This document shows, one piece after another, positions 38,601 to 49,862 of a DNA stretch of 64,000 nt. The notes beneath the pieces are model-generated. The model saw nothing but the letters and a program-made list of their open reading frames with translations. It searched no databases and was not told the origin of the DNA. The stretch is taken from NCBI GenBank assembly GCA_027923505.1, contig BROI01000008.1:124001-188000 (forward strand), written 5' to 3'. Numbering within the stretch: the first letter of the stretch is position 1; each line of letters begins with the position of its first letter. The stretch comes from Mayamaea pseudoterrestris (lineage: Eukaryota). Made by a program: the position numbers and the translations under genes.

Positions 38601-40309
38601 CCAGTTATTACTCGAGCTCAGCGCCTTCGCCATGCTCGCGACGAAATGATTGAAACCAATATGCTGTTAGCAGAGCATGCGCACGCGGAATACCCTTACT
38701 CAATTGGTTTAACGCAAGTGCTACTCGCCTCGACCAACGATCCCGACACACTCCGCTACGATGAAGCGATGCGCGCTGATGACTCTGAAGAGTTCAGGAA
38801 AGCCGCAGGAATAGAGATCAAGTCGCTCGAAGACCATGGAACGTGGGTTGTCATACCAAGGACCGAGGTTCCTCAAGGAAAGCAAATCATTCCCGGCACG
38901 TGGACCTTTCGCCGCAAGCGAGCAGTGAGCTCAAGAAACACAAAGCTCGCTTCTGCGTTCGAGGAGACCTACAGAAGGACGTTTGAAACGGTTTGCCCCC
39001 AGTCGTTCAATGGAGCACCGTTCGTGTCCTCATGGTATTCGCCTTGACGTTCGGATACAAAAACCAAGTGCATTGATTTCACCAACGCTTTCGTTCAGGC
39101 AGAACTAAAGGATCCAATCTACATTCAATTCCTCGGCTTTCAACACAAAGACGGTCATCAATCAGCGATTACTGTTTAAAGTTGCTCAAGTCGTGCTACG
39201 GAACGAAGATCGCCCCAAAGCTCTTCTACGAACACTTACGCGACCGACTCGTCGAACTCGGATTCACTCAAAGCTTCTTCGATCCCTGTCTCTTCTACCG
39301 CAATGGACAAATCATCGCCTGTTACGTTGACGATTGCATCTGCGTCGCCCGTCCCGACAAGGAGCTACAGACCATCATCGACGACCTTCGCTCCAAGTTC
39401 ACGCTCACCGAAGAAGGCGATCTCAGTCAATATCTTGGCATTGATATAAAGCGCTCTGGCAAGTCTTTCACGCTCACTCAAACGGGTCTGATCGACAGTA
39501 TCATTCAAGCTACTGGAATGGAGGCTGCTAACGGAGTCTTCACGCCCGCCAATGACACGCTCGGCAAGAACGCCGATTTACCTGATCATCAAGAGAGCTG
39601 GAGCTACAACTCGCTAATCGGCAAGCTTCTTTATCTCGCTGGTAACTCGCGTCCTGATATTGCTTTCGCTGTCAATCAATGCGCAAGATTCAATCACTGT
39701 CCTAAAAAGCCACACTTTGACGCCGTTAAACGCATCGTCCGCTATCTCATCAAGACTCGCGAACAAGGACTCATCATGACGCCCGAAGGCAACCTCACGG
39801 TTGACTGTTACGTTGATGCCGACTTTGCTGGTTTATATGGAAAGGAAGACGGACAAGATCCAGTGTGCGCTCAATCACGTACCGGATACCTCATTATGCT
39901 CGGTGGCTGCCCCGTCTTTTGGCAAAGCAAGCTACAAACCGAAATCGCTCTATCTACAATGGAATCCGAGTATGTTGCTCTTTCTTCAAGTCTTCGCCAA
40001 GTCATTCCTATCCAAGCAATCGTCAAGGAAATGGGAAACAAAATGAAGCAACGCATTCAAGTAAACGCGCGCTCCTACTGCACGGTTTACGAAGATAACG
40101 CAGGCTGCCTAGCGCTCGCCAATGCCCCTCATCTTACGCCTCGCTCTCGCCATTACGCTACTAAGTATCACCACTTTAAGCACCACGTAAAACAGGGCAC
40201 GATCAAAGTCGTTAAGATTGATACCAAGGAGCAACGAGCGGATATCTTTACCAAGGCGCTGCCGCAAGTCACATTCGAGCACCTCCGCCGTCTCCTTATG
40301 GGATGGTAA
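35634..40309 (+). pseudogene. pol: Copia pol (protease, integrase, RT, RNase H) with clustered frameshifts at ~38920-39180
   Basis: PR: IHDSGAS. IN: WHFKCGH..CAAC, VSVDH, SDN, NGIAERNI. RT fragments across frames (KHKARFCVRGD, FAPVVQWSTVR, IDFTNAFVQA) and YVDD. RH: YVDADFAG, EDN, ADIFTK. Confidence 0.93.
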
Positions 40310-40366
40310 GTTGCTCATCTCCTCTGTTATTTGTCTCTATGTCTATAACATCGATCCAAGAGGGAG

Positions 40367-40667
40367 AGTCGAAACAATTAAGGTTCAGGCCCTGCCAGTG
40401 TCCGTTTGTTTCGGTTGATCCTCATGGCTGGATATCTGTTAATATCCAGTATCTGTGAATACTCAAGTTACTTAAGCTACAGAAGCAAGCCGACGTTACT
40501 AACACGTCGGCAACGGTCCCCTTAAAGTAGCGGTAACAACTAAATCAAATCATTCTATTGCAAAGTACACGCAATCGTCTCGTTCCCCTCTTCTTACCAA
40601 GTTAGCAGACTGATCATCTCCTACTTGACCAAGTACTCAAGGTAACTCGACACAAGTTGCATTGATA
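40367..40667 (+). repeat. Copia 3' LTR (301 bp)
   Basis: Follows the PPT. Same as the 5' LTR except three small deletions (4 bp total) in the last ~50 bp. Confidence 0.93.
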
Positions 40668-40805
40668 GTTCGGGCCCAAGAACTCTTGGAGATTGGAGCA
40701 CCTCAGCCATCAGCCTTTAGCCTATCGCCTTGTGAAAAACAGCAATATACTCTACTACAGAAACTTTGTTTCCAGCTGTGGTCAGGAAGTCGATTGTCGG
40801 GTAAA

Positions 40806-42557
40806 ATGCCTTATACACTAGAGGATGACCGACCTGTTCGAGATATGATGCAGACATGGCTCTTATACATAATGCTTCCAGCTGGGCTCATCGCTTGGGG
40901 AGCAACACATCGGCCAGCAGCAGTGGTCGCCGCAACTCTAGCCACACCATGTCTCGCCATTGTCCAGGGAGCTATTGGGATTTTGTCCTTTCGACTCAAT
41001 TTTGGCGATGCTCCATTGCCATGTACGCCGTCGCATGGAGTGGTGATTGTTCGGCCTGACGAAAACAACGAAAATATGTATCAGCACGAGGAAAGGACAA
41101 ACAGCGAGCATCACAACAATTCACAATTCATCAAAAGAGCGCTGCAGCAGCGTCCCGTTCGTCTTCTTGTAATTGGGGATTCCTTGGCCATTGGCGTCGG
41201 ACAATCCAAATCTTCGACTCCGATCATGCCCGAAGTCATTGCCAAGACTCTATCCAAAAAACTCAACGGCCGTGTCGTTTATTGGACGTGTCACGGGGCT
41301 CCAGGTGCATCAACAGGATGGGTTGTAAGAGAACTGGAAAGAGGCATCAACTATCGTGTCTACGAAGATGCTAAATCCCACGATGACGACGACGAAAATA
41401 GATGCGATGCTTTCAACGAGGACGTGGACTCATTTCCAAATTTGAACCCGACGACCGAGGCGAAGGACAACTCGACGACTTCCGACGTTTCTTCGACGAA
41501 TGACGGCGCAAGTACGAGCGACAGTGAGATAGTTGCTTCGTCGAAGGATCTAAAGCAATGGAAGGATAGACTATATCAGCATAGCAGGCGTTTCTATGAT
41601 CCACATAGGCTGGGACCATACGACGTTGTTGTCATACTGACTGGAAGTAATGATCTCAAGTCGGCCTTCTTTCCATTTCTACTAACCGGCGAGGATGCCG
41701 AATTTCGTCGACAGGCAAAGTTGCGAGGCGGCTCGTATGGACTGGAGCTGCGTCGTTTACTGGAAACTCTGGAGCAGAAGATGACCATGCGGATCAAGAC
41801 TTTTAAAGAAACAGTAATACACTCGGTCGAAGCAGCGACGGATAAACTACAGGATTCCATCGAGGAGACGATGGAACGCTTGGCTCCGGGGAGCTCGCAG
41901 AGACTGAATAGTTTCCGGTTGCCAAAAGGAGATTCCAAGAAAACAAACGAGCCCAACACTCTTGGGAAACTTTGCAATGATATCAACGGAACCATACAAC
42001 CTTCCTTTGACGAAAGCCCAATCAAGTCTGACGAGACAAGACCATTTCCTGTAATTGTGCTTCCTGGGATGCCCAGCAGGACGTTGCCGATATTCCGACA
42101 AGCTCCCTTGCGGTGGCTTGCTGTACCAATCGTTGATATAATGGATTCTCACAAGAGAAGATTAGCAAACTCAAAGCCTGGTGACTTGCTTTTCGTGAAG
42201 GCTCCGAGTGTCAAAGACCTAGCAGATTACGAGACCGGAAAGGGTGTTGTCTGGCAGGAGCGAGTTGCAGAGCAAACGCTTTTATCATTATCGGATGTTC
42301 AGAAGCAGGTGCGTTGTCGTATCGAGAAAGAAATGCACTTGTATTTTGAAAAGCGAGGAGTGTCAGCAGCAAATGCGATTGCCAAGGCACCCGCAACTAT
42401 CTGGCGGCGTTTTCTACCATGCAGAGCCATCCCTGCCGGATTTGAAGTCTTTGCTGTGGATCAAATACATCCGAACGAAAAGGGATACGATTTTTGGGGG
42501 AGGCACATTGCCAATGCAGTCGTAGACGAGCTACACCGGAAGGGCAAGGACGGGTAA
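40806..42557 (+). CDS. SGNH/GDSL-type hydrolase with N-terminal hydrophobic segment
   Basis: Block I LVIGDSLAIGVG, block III TGSNDL, block V DQIHPNEKGY. First ATG at 40806; the ORF-track start at 40662 is a TTG inside the LTR. Confidence 0.8.
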   Translation: MPYTLEDDRPVRDMMQTWLLYIMLPAGLIAWGATHRPAAVVAATLATPCLAIVQGAIGILSFRLNFGDAPLPCTPSHGVVIVRPDENNENMYQHEERTNSEHHNNSQFIKRALQQRPVRLLVIGDSLAIGVGQSKSSTPIMPEVIAKTLSKKLNGRVVYWTCHGAPGASTGWVVRELERGINYRVYEDAKSHDDDDENRCDAFNEDVDSFPNLNPTTEAKDNSTTSDVSSTNDGASTSDSEIVASSKDLKQWKDRLYQHSRRFYDPHRLGPYDVVVILTGSNDLKSAFFPFLLTGEDAEFRRQAKLRGGSYGLELRRLLETLEQKMTMRIKTFKETVIHSVEAATDKLQDSIEETMERLAPGSSQRLNSFRLPKGDSKKTNEPNTLGKLCNDINGTIQPSFDESPIKSDETRPFPVIVLPGMPSRTLPIFRQAPLRWLAVPIVDIMDSHKRRLANSKPGDLLFVKAPSVKDLADYETGKGVVWQERVAEQTLLSLSDVQKQVRCRIEKEMHLYFEKRGVSAANAIAKAPATIWRRFLPCRAIPAGFEVFAVDQIHPNEKGYDFWGRHIANAVVDELHRKGKDG

Positions 42558-42658
42558 TGTTACAAAGCGATGGGCGTGATATTATATTTCCCTAAATGCC
42601 AATTGTTCTGTAGCCAAACCTTTACTTACAGTTTTACTGTAAACAGTACTAGTGGTAT

Positions 42659-43738
42659 CTAAAATGCCGGATCTACTTGGAATACCATCGCGTCTCCTGA
42701 TATGGGATGTTCAAATTCCAACCGTGCAGCGTGCAACATCATGGGCATCTCATTTGGGGGATGAAACTTTATCCATTGCCTTTGCACTTCCAACGGACAT
42801 GGCGAAACTACGAGGAAATCCTCTTTATTCTGAACGAAATGCTCGATACTTCTGAGCCCTCCCTTTTCGTTCGCTTCGCCAAACAGTGAGTAGACAGGAT
42901 CACCGACTATGGGAAACCCAAGCGCGGCAAGATGTACGCGTAGTTGATGCGTACGGCCAGTCACTGGCGTGAGCCGCACTCGTGTAAATGGAAGTCCTCT
43001 GGTTTCTCCACGCTCAACAACAAAGAACTCGGTTTGACTTGGCTTTGGTTTCCGCTTGACCAATTTCTTCCAACCCCGACTTTGCAAATCAGTCAGTGCT
43101 TCTGCCGCACTTTCCTCACTTTCGGGAGTTGCGACTCTCATAAATGGGGGGTGCTCATGATCTCGTTGCAGTGGAAGGTCAATCGAACCAGACTCAATCC
43201 AGTCCGGAATATGGCCTTGAACCAGCGCCTCATATTCCTTCTTGACAACTCGATCTCGAAAAATGGCATGTAGTTTTCGAGTAATGTCAGCGCGTCGCGA
43301 AAACACTAAAATTCCCGAAGTATCCATGTCAAGTCGATGAACAATCATATTGGCGACACTGTCCACGTCTTTTCCGTATCGTTCAAATACGAGATCCACA
43401 ATGGATGGATTGGCATTTACTCCGGGAACGGAAAGAATCCCTGAAGGCTTGTTAACCACAACGATAGCATCATCGGCATACATAACTTTCAAATCATCTC
43501 GACAAACGACAGTTCCTGCTCGTTTGAAATGCTGCACCTTGCGTAGTTGGCGTTCAAATTGTAGGACGGACCGCGGAATCTCCTGCTCTTCATTCTCCTG
43601 CATCTTGATTGTAGGAATTACAAGCCCTGCGCCCGTATTGTCTTGATACAATAAGGGCTTGAGCGAAACTTTAACGATTGCTTGACGTTGATATTCCCAT
43701 ACGAGAGCGACGCCTCGCAACGCTTTCGTAATTTGCAT
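42659..43738 (-). CDS. RluA-family pseudouridine synthase
   Basis: VVNKPSG, HRLDMDTSG, GRTHQLRVH, PIVGDPVY, LHAARL. Start codon uncertain. Confidence 0.9.
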   Translation of the reverse strand: MQITKALRGVALVWEYQRQAIVKVSLKPLLYQDNTGAGLVIPTIKMQENEEQEIPRSVLQFERQLRKVQHFKRAGTVVCRDDLKVMYADDAIVVVNKPSGILSVPGVNANPSIVDLVFERYGKDVDSVANMIVHRLDMDTSGILVFSRRADITRKLHAIFRDRVVKKEYEALVQGHIPDWIESGSIDLPLQRDHEHPPFMRVATPESEESAAEALTDLQSRGWKKLVKRKPKPSQTEFFVVERGETRGLPFTRVRLTPVTGRTHQLRVHLAALGFPIVGDPVYSLFGEANEKGGLRSIEHFVQNKEDFLVVSPCPLEVQRQWIKFHPPNEMPMMLHAARLEFEHPISGDAMVFQVDPAF

Positions 43739-44130
43739 CGAAAAGTCCTCGTTCGAGAGGGATGGTTGGATGATGTGATTGACAGCCAAGCCACAGAAAG
43801 GCGCATGAGCGGGTGAACCCACTTTCTCCGCTCCTCGAGTCACAATTAGTGCTTTTGTTGTTGTAACGACTTCTCTGGTGTGGTACTTGCTAGCCGAATT
43901 ACCAGCATTTCAGGATCAATCGACCTGATATCGTACCGGTACACAAGTAAAGTAAGTTGTGGTGGGCGCAGCGGCACGAATTCTGCCCTCTTCGTGTCGT
44001 AGCGTCACCGATGTTTCCGCACCGTATCCTTTACAGTTAATCTTAAGTGCGATTGAACGCCGGGTTACTTGATGACGTCCGATGCTGCAGCGGCTCGTCA
44101 CCTCCACTTTCTTGCGATTCCTTCTCGACC

Positions 44131-44971
44131 ATGAGCTTTGCCGTCCGCGCTCTCGCCGGCCGATTGGCCCCTCGGGCACTGAACCAAGTAGCTCAGACAT
44201 CAATCATTCCAAGAGTTCTTACTGGTGAGTTTAAATTGGGAGTTGAGCCAAAAAGCGTTGACAGTGAGACGACCAGTCACATGGGTGACGAATCTGCTGT
44301 ATGCTCCATTGCCGACGATGACGCTCTTTGACATGTAATTGACTCACTTTTATAAATCTTATACATATACAGTAGCGTATCGTCCGCTTTCAACTCCGCC
44401 TGCCTTGCATGATCTTGGAAGTGTCGATCATGGATACGAGGAAGACCGCATCAACAAGGTGGCCGATCCGGAGCGACGCGCTTTTACGTATTTGATGCTT
44501 TCTTCGGTCCGCTTCGCATACGCTTCATTTGCGCGCCTTTTGGTGATTAAGTTTGTTGCGTCAATGAGCGCGTCTGCCGAAGTTTTGGCGCTGGCTTTTG
44601 CCGAAATTGACCTTTCCAAAGTGGACATGGGCAAGACCATTACTGTCAAGTGGCGTGGCAAGCCCATCTTTATCCGACGCAGAACACCAGAGGAAATTGC
44701 TCATGAAGCGACTGTGCCAATGGAACACTTGCGCGACCAGGAGCGGGATGAAGATCGTACCATCAAGCCAGAATATATTGTCGTCCTTGGAATTTGCCCA
44801 CACTTGGGTTGCGTTCCAGTCTCCAACGCGGGTGATTATGGTGGCTGGTTTTGCCCGTGTCATGGATCTCATTACGATGTAAGTGGACGTATTCGAAAGG
44901 GTCCAGCGCCATTGAATCTAGAGGTGCCGCCGTACAAATTCATCTCGGACAGTGTCATTCTGATGGGTTAA
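44131..44971 (+). CDS. UQCRFS1: Mitochondrial cytochrome bc1 Rieske iron-sulfur subunit; exons 44131-44224 and 44373-44971
   Basis: CPHLGC and CPCHGS Rieske motifs, WRGKP, GPAPLNL. Arg/Ala-rich presequence. GT..AG intron 44225-44372 joins in frame. Confidence 0.95.
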
Positions 44972-45264
44972 ATATCGAGTACAGTACTTGCTGCTAAGTT
45001 GATTAGTCGGAGTTTAAAAGCATCCAGGTTATAGTTCACGACATTTAATGGCTGATGAAGTAACATCGAATGTTAATTCAGTGGATATAGGAGCAGTTGG
45101 GTTGGTGGAGTCGTACCGGTACGACGCACAGCTCGTCAAACCGCTGCGACAATTCATGTGCCGATCACACCATTGCAATGGATAAGTCCTCGCCCTCGCC
45201 GTAACTATCAGAATTTGGCGGAATACACAAGGCAGCTGCTCTCCTATACTTTTGCTGTGTAAAG

Positions 45265-46068
45265 ATGAGTACCACGACAGTCCTGATAAATCGCGAGAAG
45301 CGTCTCGAGGGAGTGCAAGTGACAAAAGGCATCAAACAATGTCTCAACGAGGCGCAGGTCATGGTCAAGGGTTCAGGCTCCGAACACTCAGCGTACAGCA
45401 CAGCCAAGCAAGTAACGAGGAGTCTACATGCGCCCATGACGCTACAGGAAGCTCGAACACTCATCTTAAAGTATCACGAGTCGGATGAGCTTATTCCTAT
45501 TCCTGTCATTCGCGCTATGACTCTCGTAGTGGGCAAAGAAAAGATCGAAGCAGCCTTATCGAATGGCTCAGACGCTACTCAACTTGCATTTACTCCACCA
45601 GCGCTAGCTACCGAGGAAACTACCGAGCAACAAAAATGGAAGCAGCGCATGCAACATCTGGCATTACTGCAGGAGGAACGAAGCTACTCAAAACTGACCA
45701 ATAACCTTGGCAGGGCGATTCAAGATGATGTCAGTATTCGTAGCATGACGTACGCCGCTTCAATCGGTCTCAATATGATTCTCGCTCCCATTTCCTTTGG
45801 AGTTTTCATGTATTTCTTTGGTGGAGCACTCATTGACTTTTTCTGGCGTAGATCACTCGATGCTCCTCTCGCAGCCTCGACGGTGGACAACCGCAAAGTG
45901 ATTTGTGGCGTGGTGAGTGGAGTTGTCATGCTCATTGTGGAAATGCTTCTGTTTGTCATTCGAACTCATGAAATGGACAAGGCCATGCGCAAAAAGACAA
46001 GGAAGAAGACGGTCAAGCCTTTCGGCCCCTACTCATCGGCCTCGGTCAAGACGTTTAAGGGAGAATAA
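45265..46068 (+). CDS. Vma12/TMEM199-like V-ATPase assembly factor
   Basis: Helical QEERSYSKLTNNL followed by two TM segments (IGLNMILAPISFGVFMYF; GVVMLIVEMLLFVIR) and a basic tail. Confidence 0.65.
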   Translation: MSTTTVLINREKRLEGVQVTKGIKQCLNEAQVMVKGSGSEHSAYSTAKQVTRSLHAPMTLQEARTLILKYHESDELIPIPVIRAMTLVVGKEKIEAALSNGSDATQLAFTPPALATEETTEQQKWKQRMQHLALLQEERSYSKLTNNLGRAIQDDVSIRSMTYAASIGLNMILAPISFGVFMYFFGGALIDFFWRRSLDAPLAASTVDNRKVICGVVSGVVMLIVEMLLFVIRTHEMDKAMRKKTRKKTVKPFGPYSSASVKTFKGE

Positions 46069-46103
46069 AGCGGCATAAATTGAGTTACTTTTTTGCCCAT
46101 TGT

Positions 46104-47786
46104 TTAGTCGTAAAGGATACTGTTGGAAAAGTTTACATACATGACACTTCCATTGCCGGGTCTTGATGACACATTAGTATCCTCGTCTTCCATCATAAAA
46201 TCGTCATCATCCTTCCCGTTGAGCTTAAAGACGGCATAGCTGCCTGACTCTCCCATACTGCCAGCATGCACTACATGACAGCCGCCGTAAATCTCGTGAA
46301 AGCCTTCCTTGACAGCATCGCCTCCCAGAATCAATGCATCCGGAAGCGGATATAGACGAAGCGCATGATCGTAGTTCCAAAAAACTGGAACGCCTTGAAC
46401 TGGAAGCAAATAAGATTGGTCCAAAAGCGTCTTGATCAAGCGATGATGCAACTTGCGTTGGCCACCATCCTCAACGTCTGCATCCACCGCATCACTATCG
46501 TTGATGTCAGTAACATCCTCTGCTTTTGGCAACATAATTTGTTTTCGCTGTAGCAAGTGCAAAATGTTGTAGCAAAAGAGTACTAGCTCGCGACCCTTGT
46601 AGAAGATGCGGGATGGGTTCGTGGCCATGTGCACGTGAGCCAGGCGCGAAAGCCGTGCCGCCAGGGGAGGCAAGGGAAGCACCTGTTGCGCCGTATCATT
46701 GGGCCCTGGCACCAACACAAAATGTGCATTTTTAGAAAGGTTGGTAAAGGCAGACAACACTGTGGCAAGCTCGTCCAATGGAGGCGAGTCACGATAAGTC
46801 GATGAAAAGTTTCCCATGAGGACAAAGAGCGGCAAGTCGCAAGGAGCGCACTTTTCGTAAGTTGCAAACAGTGATTCCAAGTAAGCAACGACTTTCGGTT
46901 GATCCAGATGAACGTCCGAAAGCACGATAAAGGTGGGTTGTTCGTCAACGTCGCACTCGACTCGCTTGACAAAGAAGGGATGCGACAATTGCTGCTGCAT
47001 GGCGGCGACGGAAACATCGCGTGACTCCAAGAGCGGATGACCAACGCGCTGCAAGTATAGCGTTCCATCGTGGAATGAGCCTTCGACCAGCAGAATGCAA
47101 TGCTCAGCGACAAAGAAGTCGTCGACAGCAGTGGCCTCTTGGAAGGAAACAGGGACTTGTCCAGTTGGATCCTCAAGGTAATAGTTTCCTTCTTCAATCT
47201 GTACAAGGATTCCAAGCAATAGAAACGTCTTTGACATGGTCTTTTTCCCAAGCAAGGACTCAATGGGCGTCAGATGATGTTGGAGGGAAGCAGTACGAGC
47301 TTCATGCCCGAGCTGGCTAGGACGAAACAGTTCGTGTCGAATCAGACGCTGATGAACCAAAGCGTAGCGCTGAGCGAGCATGTTTGTCTTGTCGAGCGGG
47401 GACCCAAACAGCGACTCCCTAGTTTCGGTGACGTGAAATTGTTTCCTTGTGACATCATATGTGAGCTTGGGAGTCTCAAACGCATTGATGAGTCGAACCT
47501 GATCGGTCCAAGCTGCATTTTTCATTGAAGCATTGTCGTCTCGGCGTGAATTTTTCTGCGACGAGATGTCATGTCGTTGCTGCTCGGCTGATGCAAACTC
47601 TTCCCATATTCCAGCAGTGATGGTCTTGTCGTTCCCAATTCTCTCGTCGAGCGAGTCCAACATGTCTTCCATGGCTTGTTCGCTGTGAACGAAATCCATC
47701 ATTTGTTGGAGGGCAGCTGGCTGTATGATCCAGCCACGCTGCTTGCAAGCGCGAACAATGTAGCGGCGTCGAGCAGCAATAGTCAT
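46104..47786 (-). CDS. POLE2: DNA polymerase epsilon subunit 2 (Dpb2)
   Basis: LEDPTGQV, LSDVHLD, FVLMGNF, FVLVPGPND, TNPSRI, WNYDHALRLYPLPDALILG. Confidence 0.92.
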   Translation of the reverse strand: MTIAARRRYIVRACKQRGWIIQPAALQQMMDFVHSEQAMEDMLDSLDERIGNDKTITAGIWEEFASAEQQRHDISSQKNSRRDDNASMKNAAWTDQVRLINAFETPKLTYDVTRKQFHVTETRESLFGSPLDKTNMLAQRYALVHQRLIRHELFRPSQLGHEARTASLQHHLTPIESLLGKKTMSKTFLLLGILVQIEEGNYYLEDPTGQVPVSFQEATAVDDFFVAEHCILLVEGSFHDGTLYLQRVGHPLLESRDVSVAAMQQQLSHPFFVKRVECDVDEQPTFIVLSDVHLDQPKVVAYLESLFATYEKCAPCDLPLFVLMGNFSSTYRDSPPLDELATVLSAFTNLSKNAHFVLVPGPNDTAQQVLPLPPLAARLSRLAHVHMATNPSRIFYKGRELVLFCYNILHLLQRKQIMLPKAEDVTDINDSDAVDADVEDGGQRKLHHRLIKTLLDQSYLLPVQGVPVFWNYDHALRLYPLPDALILGGDAVKEGFHEIYGGCHVVHAGSMGESGSYAVFKLNGKDDDDFMMEDEDTNVSSRPGNGSVMYVNFSNSILYD

Positions 47787-48257
47787 GGCTTCTTGTGTAA
47801 TGAGATGAGAGTAGTACCGGTAAGGGATGTTGTGTAATGAATGATAGTGCTTCAGCGGATCATGGTCAGCAACAGGAATGAACGGATGAAAGTTGGCACG
47901 AGTCGCCCAATGCGAAAGTACAAAGAATAATTAAGGATGAGGCCAACCTAGCTATTGTGTACCAAGCTGCTGAAATGATTGCCTACCGGCAAATCGGGCT
48001 GCCATGATGTGTTGCTGCATGAGCTCAGACCTAACCAGCATCTTAACACACATGGTATGCTTAATGCTTATGCAATGTTTGATGGCGACAGAAAAAGGCA
48101 TTGCCAACCTACGACTGTAAGTGTCGTGTTGTCGTACCGGCTTTGATGGTGACTTCCGTTTTCTTGGTTTGCGACCATGAGAAAATGGCTCTCGCGGCTC
48201 GCAGCTCACCTGCAACAGTTTCCTTGACTGCAAGGCACAGCGAGTACATCTTTCGTC

Positions 48258-49577
48258 ATGAAACGGGTGCGAAGTAGCGGTAACCTCAGCAACGAGCCGT
48301 CAAACGGGCAAGATTGTTCGCCTACACGCACGTCAGTTTCAGTTCGACAGCAACACACTCTCCGTTTCATCGAGTTCTTTTCAGGGGTCGGTGGATGGAC
48401 AGAAGCACTTCAGGTTGCTATCAAGACTATCTCGGGAGCTCGGAATGTTGACATCAATGTACGGTGCTGTGCAGCATTAGATCATTCTGACCTGTGCACG
48501 TCAGTGTATAATCATAATCACGGATCGTTCGTTTCATCGACGCAAGCACAGGAGCAGTTTCGAATCGAACAACTTACATCCCATCAGCTCAACGAGTGGA
48601 AGGCTGATATCTGGCTCATGTCACCGCCATGCCAGCCACATACAAGGCAGCACTCGAATCAGGCCAATGACCTGCAAGACGCAAGAAGTGCGAGCTTTCT
48701 TCGACTTGTTTATCTACTGACTTGTGGTGAGGTAGACGATGATGCTATTCCATCGGTGATTTGCCTTGAGAATGTAGTGGGATTTGAAAAGTCAAACAGC
48801 TTTGGTCAGTTTCTTAATGCCCTAGCATGTCGCAACTATCAACTTGCGCAGTTTTTGATTCAACCGTCTCAAGTTGGATTTCCGAATGATCGCCCACGTT
48901 TTTACTGCGTGGCCATTCGCACCTCAAGTGTCAAGGGAATGACCATCAACGACGAAAATCCTTTGAATCATTACTTTCATCATGTCGGCGAGAAGTTTAC
49001 TCGGGAAAGTTCGCCTCCAGTGGTCTCGGTAGCAATGCCAGAATTGCAGATTCATGCTGCTGATGCTATCACGGAGGAGACTATCCGTAGAATATCTGAC
49101 TTTTTGGATCCGTCGTTGACAGCTACAATGGCGACGGATTTGTCCGTGCCAGCTAATCTTTTCAAAAACTCCGCTGCCTGGTGTTTTGACATTGTTTCGC
49201 CCGAAGCTCGACGGAGTGCTTGCTTCACCAGTGGATACGGACGCTTCATCCGAGGAACTGGGAGCATATTGTATCAACCTTTGATGACGGATGACAGCGA
49301 GCAAAGTCAAGTATTTGCGGCGGAGACACTTGTGCTCCAAGATCCAAACGAGCGTAAGTTTCAGGCAGACTGGCTTAAAGAGTCAAAGTTGGATACGCGG
49401 CAATTGCGTTACTTTTCTGGGACGGAGATGGCTCGACTTCTAGGATTCTCCAACTCCTTTTCTTTCCCTTCTCATGTGACGCTTAAGCAGCAATGGAAGC
49501 TGATGGGCAACTCTTTGAATGTGTGCGTCGCGGCCAAATTGATTGAACTAGGACTGCTTGCAATCAAGTTTCGATAG
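48258..49577 (+). CDS. DNMT2: DNMT2/TRDMT1 tRNA cytosine-5 methyltransferase
   Basis: EFFSGVGG, MSPPCQPHTRQ, ENVVGFE, PNDRPRFY, DNMT2-type CFTSGY, GNSLNV. Confidence 0.9.
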   Translation: MKRVRSSGNLSNEPSNGQDCSPTRTSVSVRQQHTLRFIEFFSGVGGWTEALQVAIKTISGARNVDINVRCCAALDHSDLCTSVYNHNHGSFVSSTQAQEQFRIEQLTSHQLNEWKADIWLMSPPCQPHTRQHSNQANDLQDARSASFLRLVYLLTCGEVDDDAIPSVICLENVVGFEKSNSFGQFLNALACRNYQLAQFLIQPSQVGFPNDRPRFYCVAIRTSSVKGMTINDENPLNHYFHHVGEKFTRESSPPVVSVAMPELQIHAADAITEETIRRISDFLDPSLTATMATDLSVPANLFKNSAAWCFDIVSPEARRSACFTSGYGRFIRGTGSILYQPLMTDDSEQSQVFAAETLVLQDPNERKFQADWLKESKLDTRQLRYFSGTEMARLLGFSNSFSFPSHVTLKQQWKLMGNSLNVCVAAKLIELGLLAIKFR

Positions 49578-49862
49578 CCGTACGCTTTTTGTCAGCTACG
49601 AGTATGATATATTGCGTTGAGCCATCTGCTCCTTCTACCTACAAATATTTGTTATGACTGAGAGTAAAGTACCAACTTGTATTCTTGTAAGAGTTTACGT
49701 TCATCGCAGCGGAGGCAGTGTTATACCTATGCTACGTACCGCAAGCATCCAGTGGTCAACGTGGCCAAACCGATGCGACAGCTTGAAACAACCCATCCAT
49801 TGTCGCGCTTCCGCGTCGGCCATTTCCGCCTTACGCAGATGGAAGAGTAGTACTCAGCTTTA

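Larger units (their letters stand above)
32916..40667 (+). mobile_element. Full-length Ty1/Copia LTR retrotransposon (diatom CoDi-like), interrupted by a nested TRIM-like element
   Basis: Two near-identical LTRs, GTTCG on both flanks (32911-32915, 40668-40672), PPT AAGAGGGAG at 40358-40366, domain order gag-PR-IN-RT-RH. Confidence 0.96.

Noticed and set aside
40668..40680. GTTCGGGCCCAAG resembling a half-tRNAiMet PBS after the 3' LTR
   Set aside because: Better explained as the GTTCG TSD plus host flank; no internal retroelement sequence follows.
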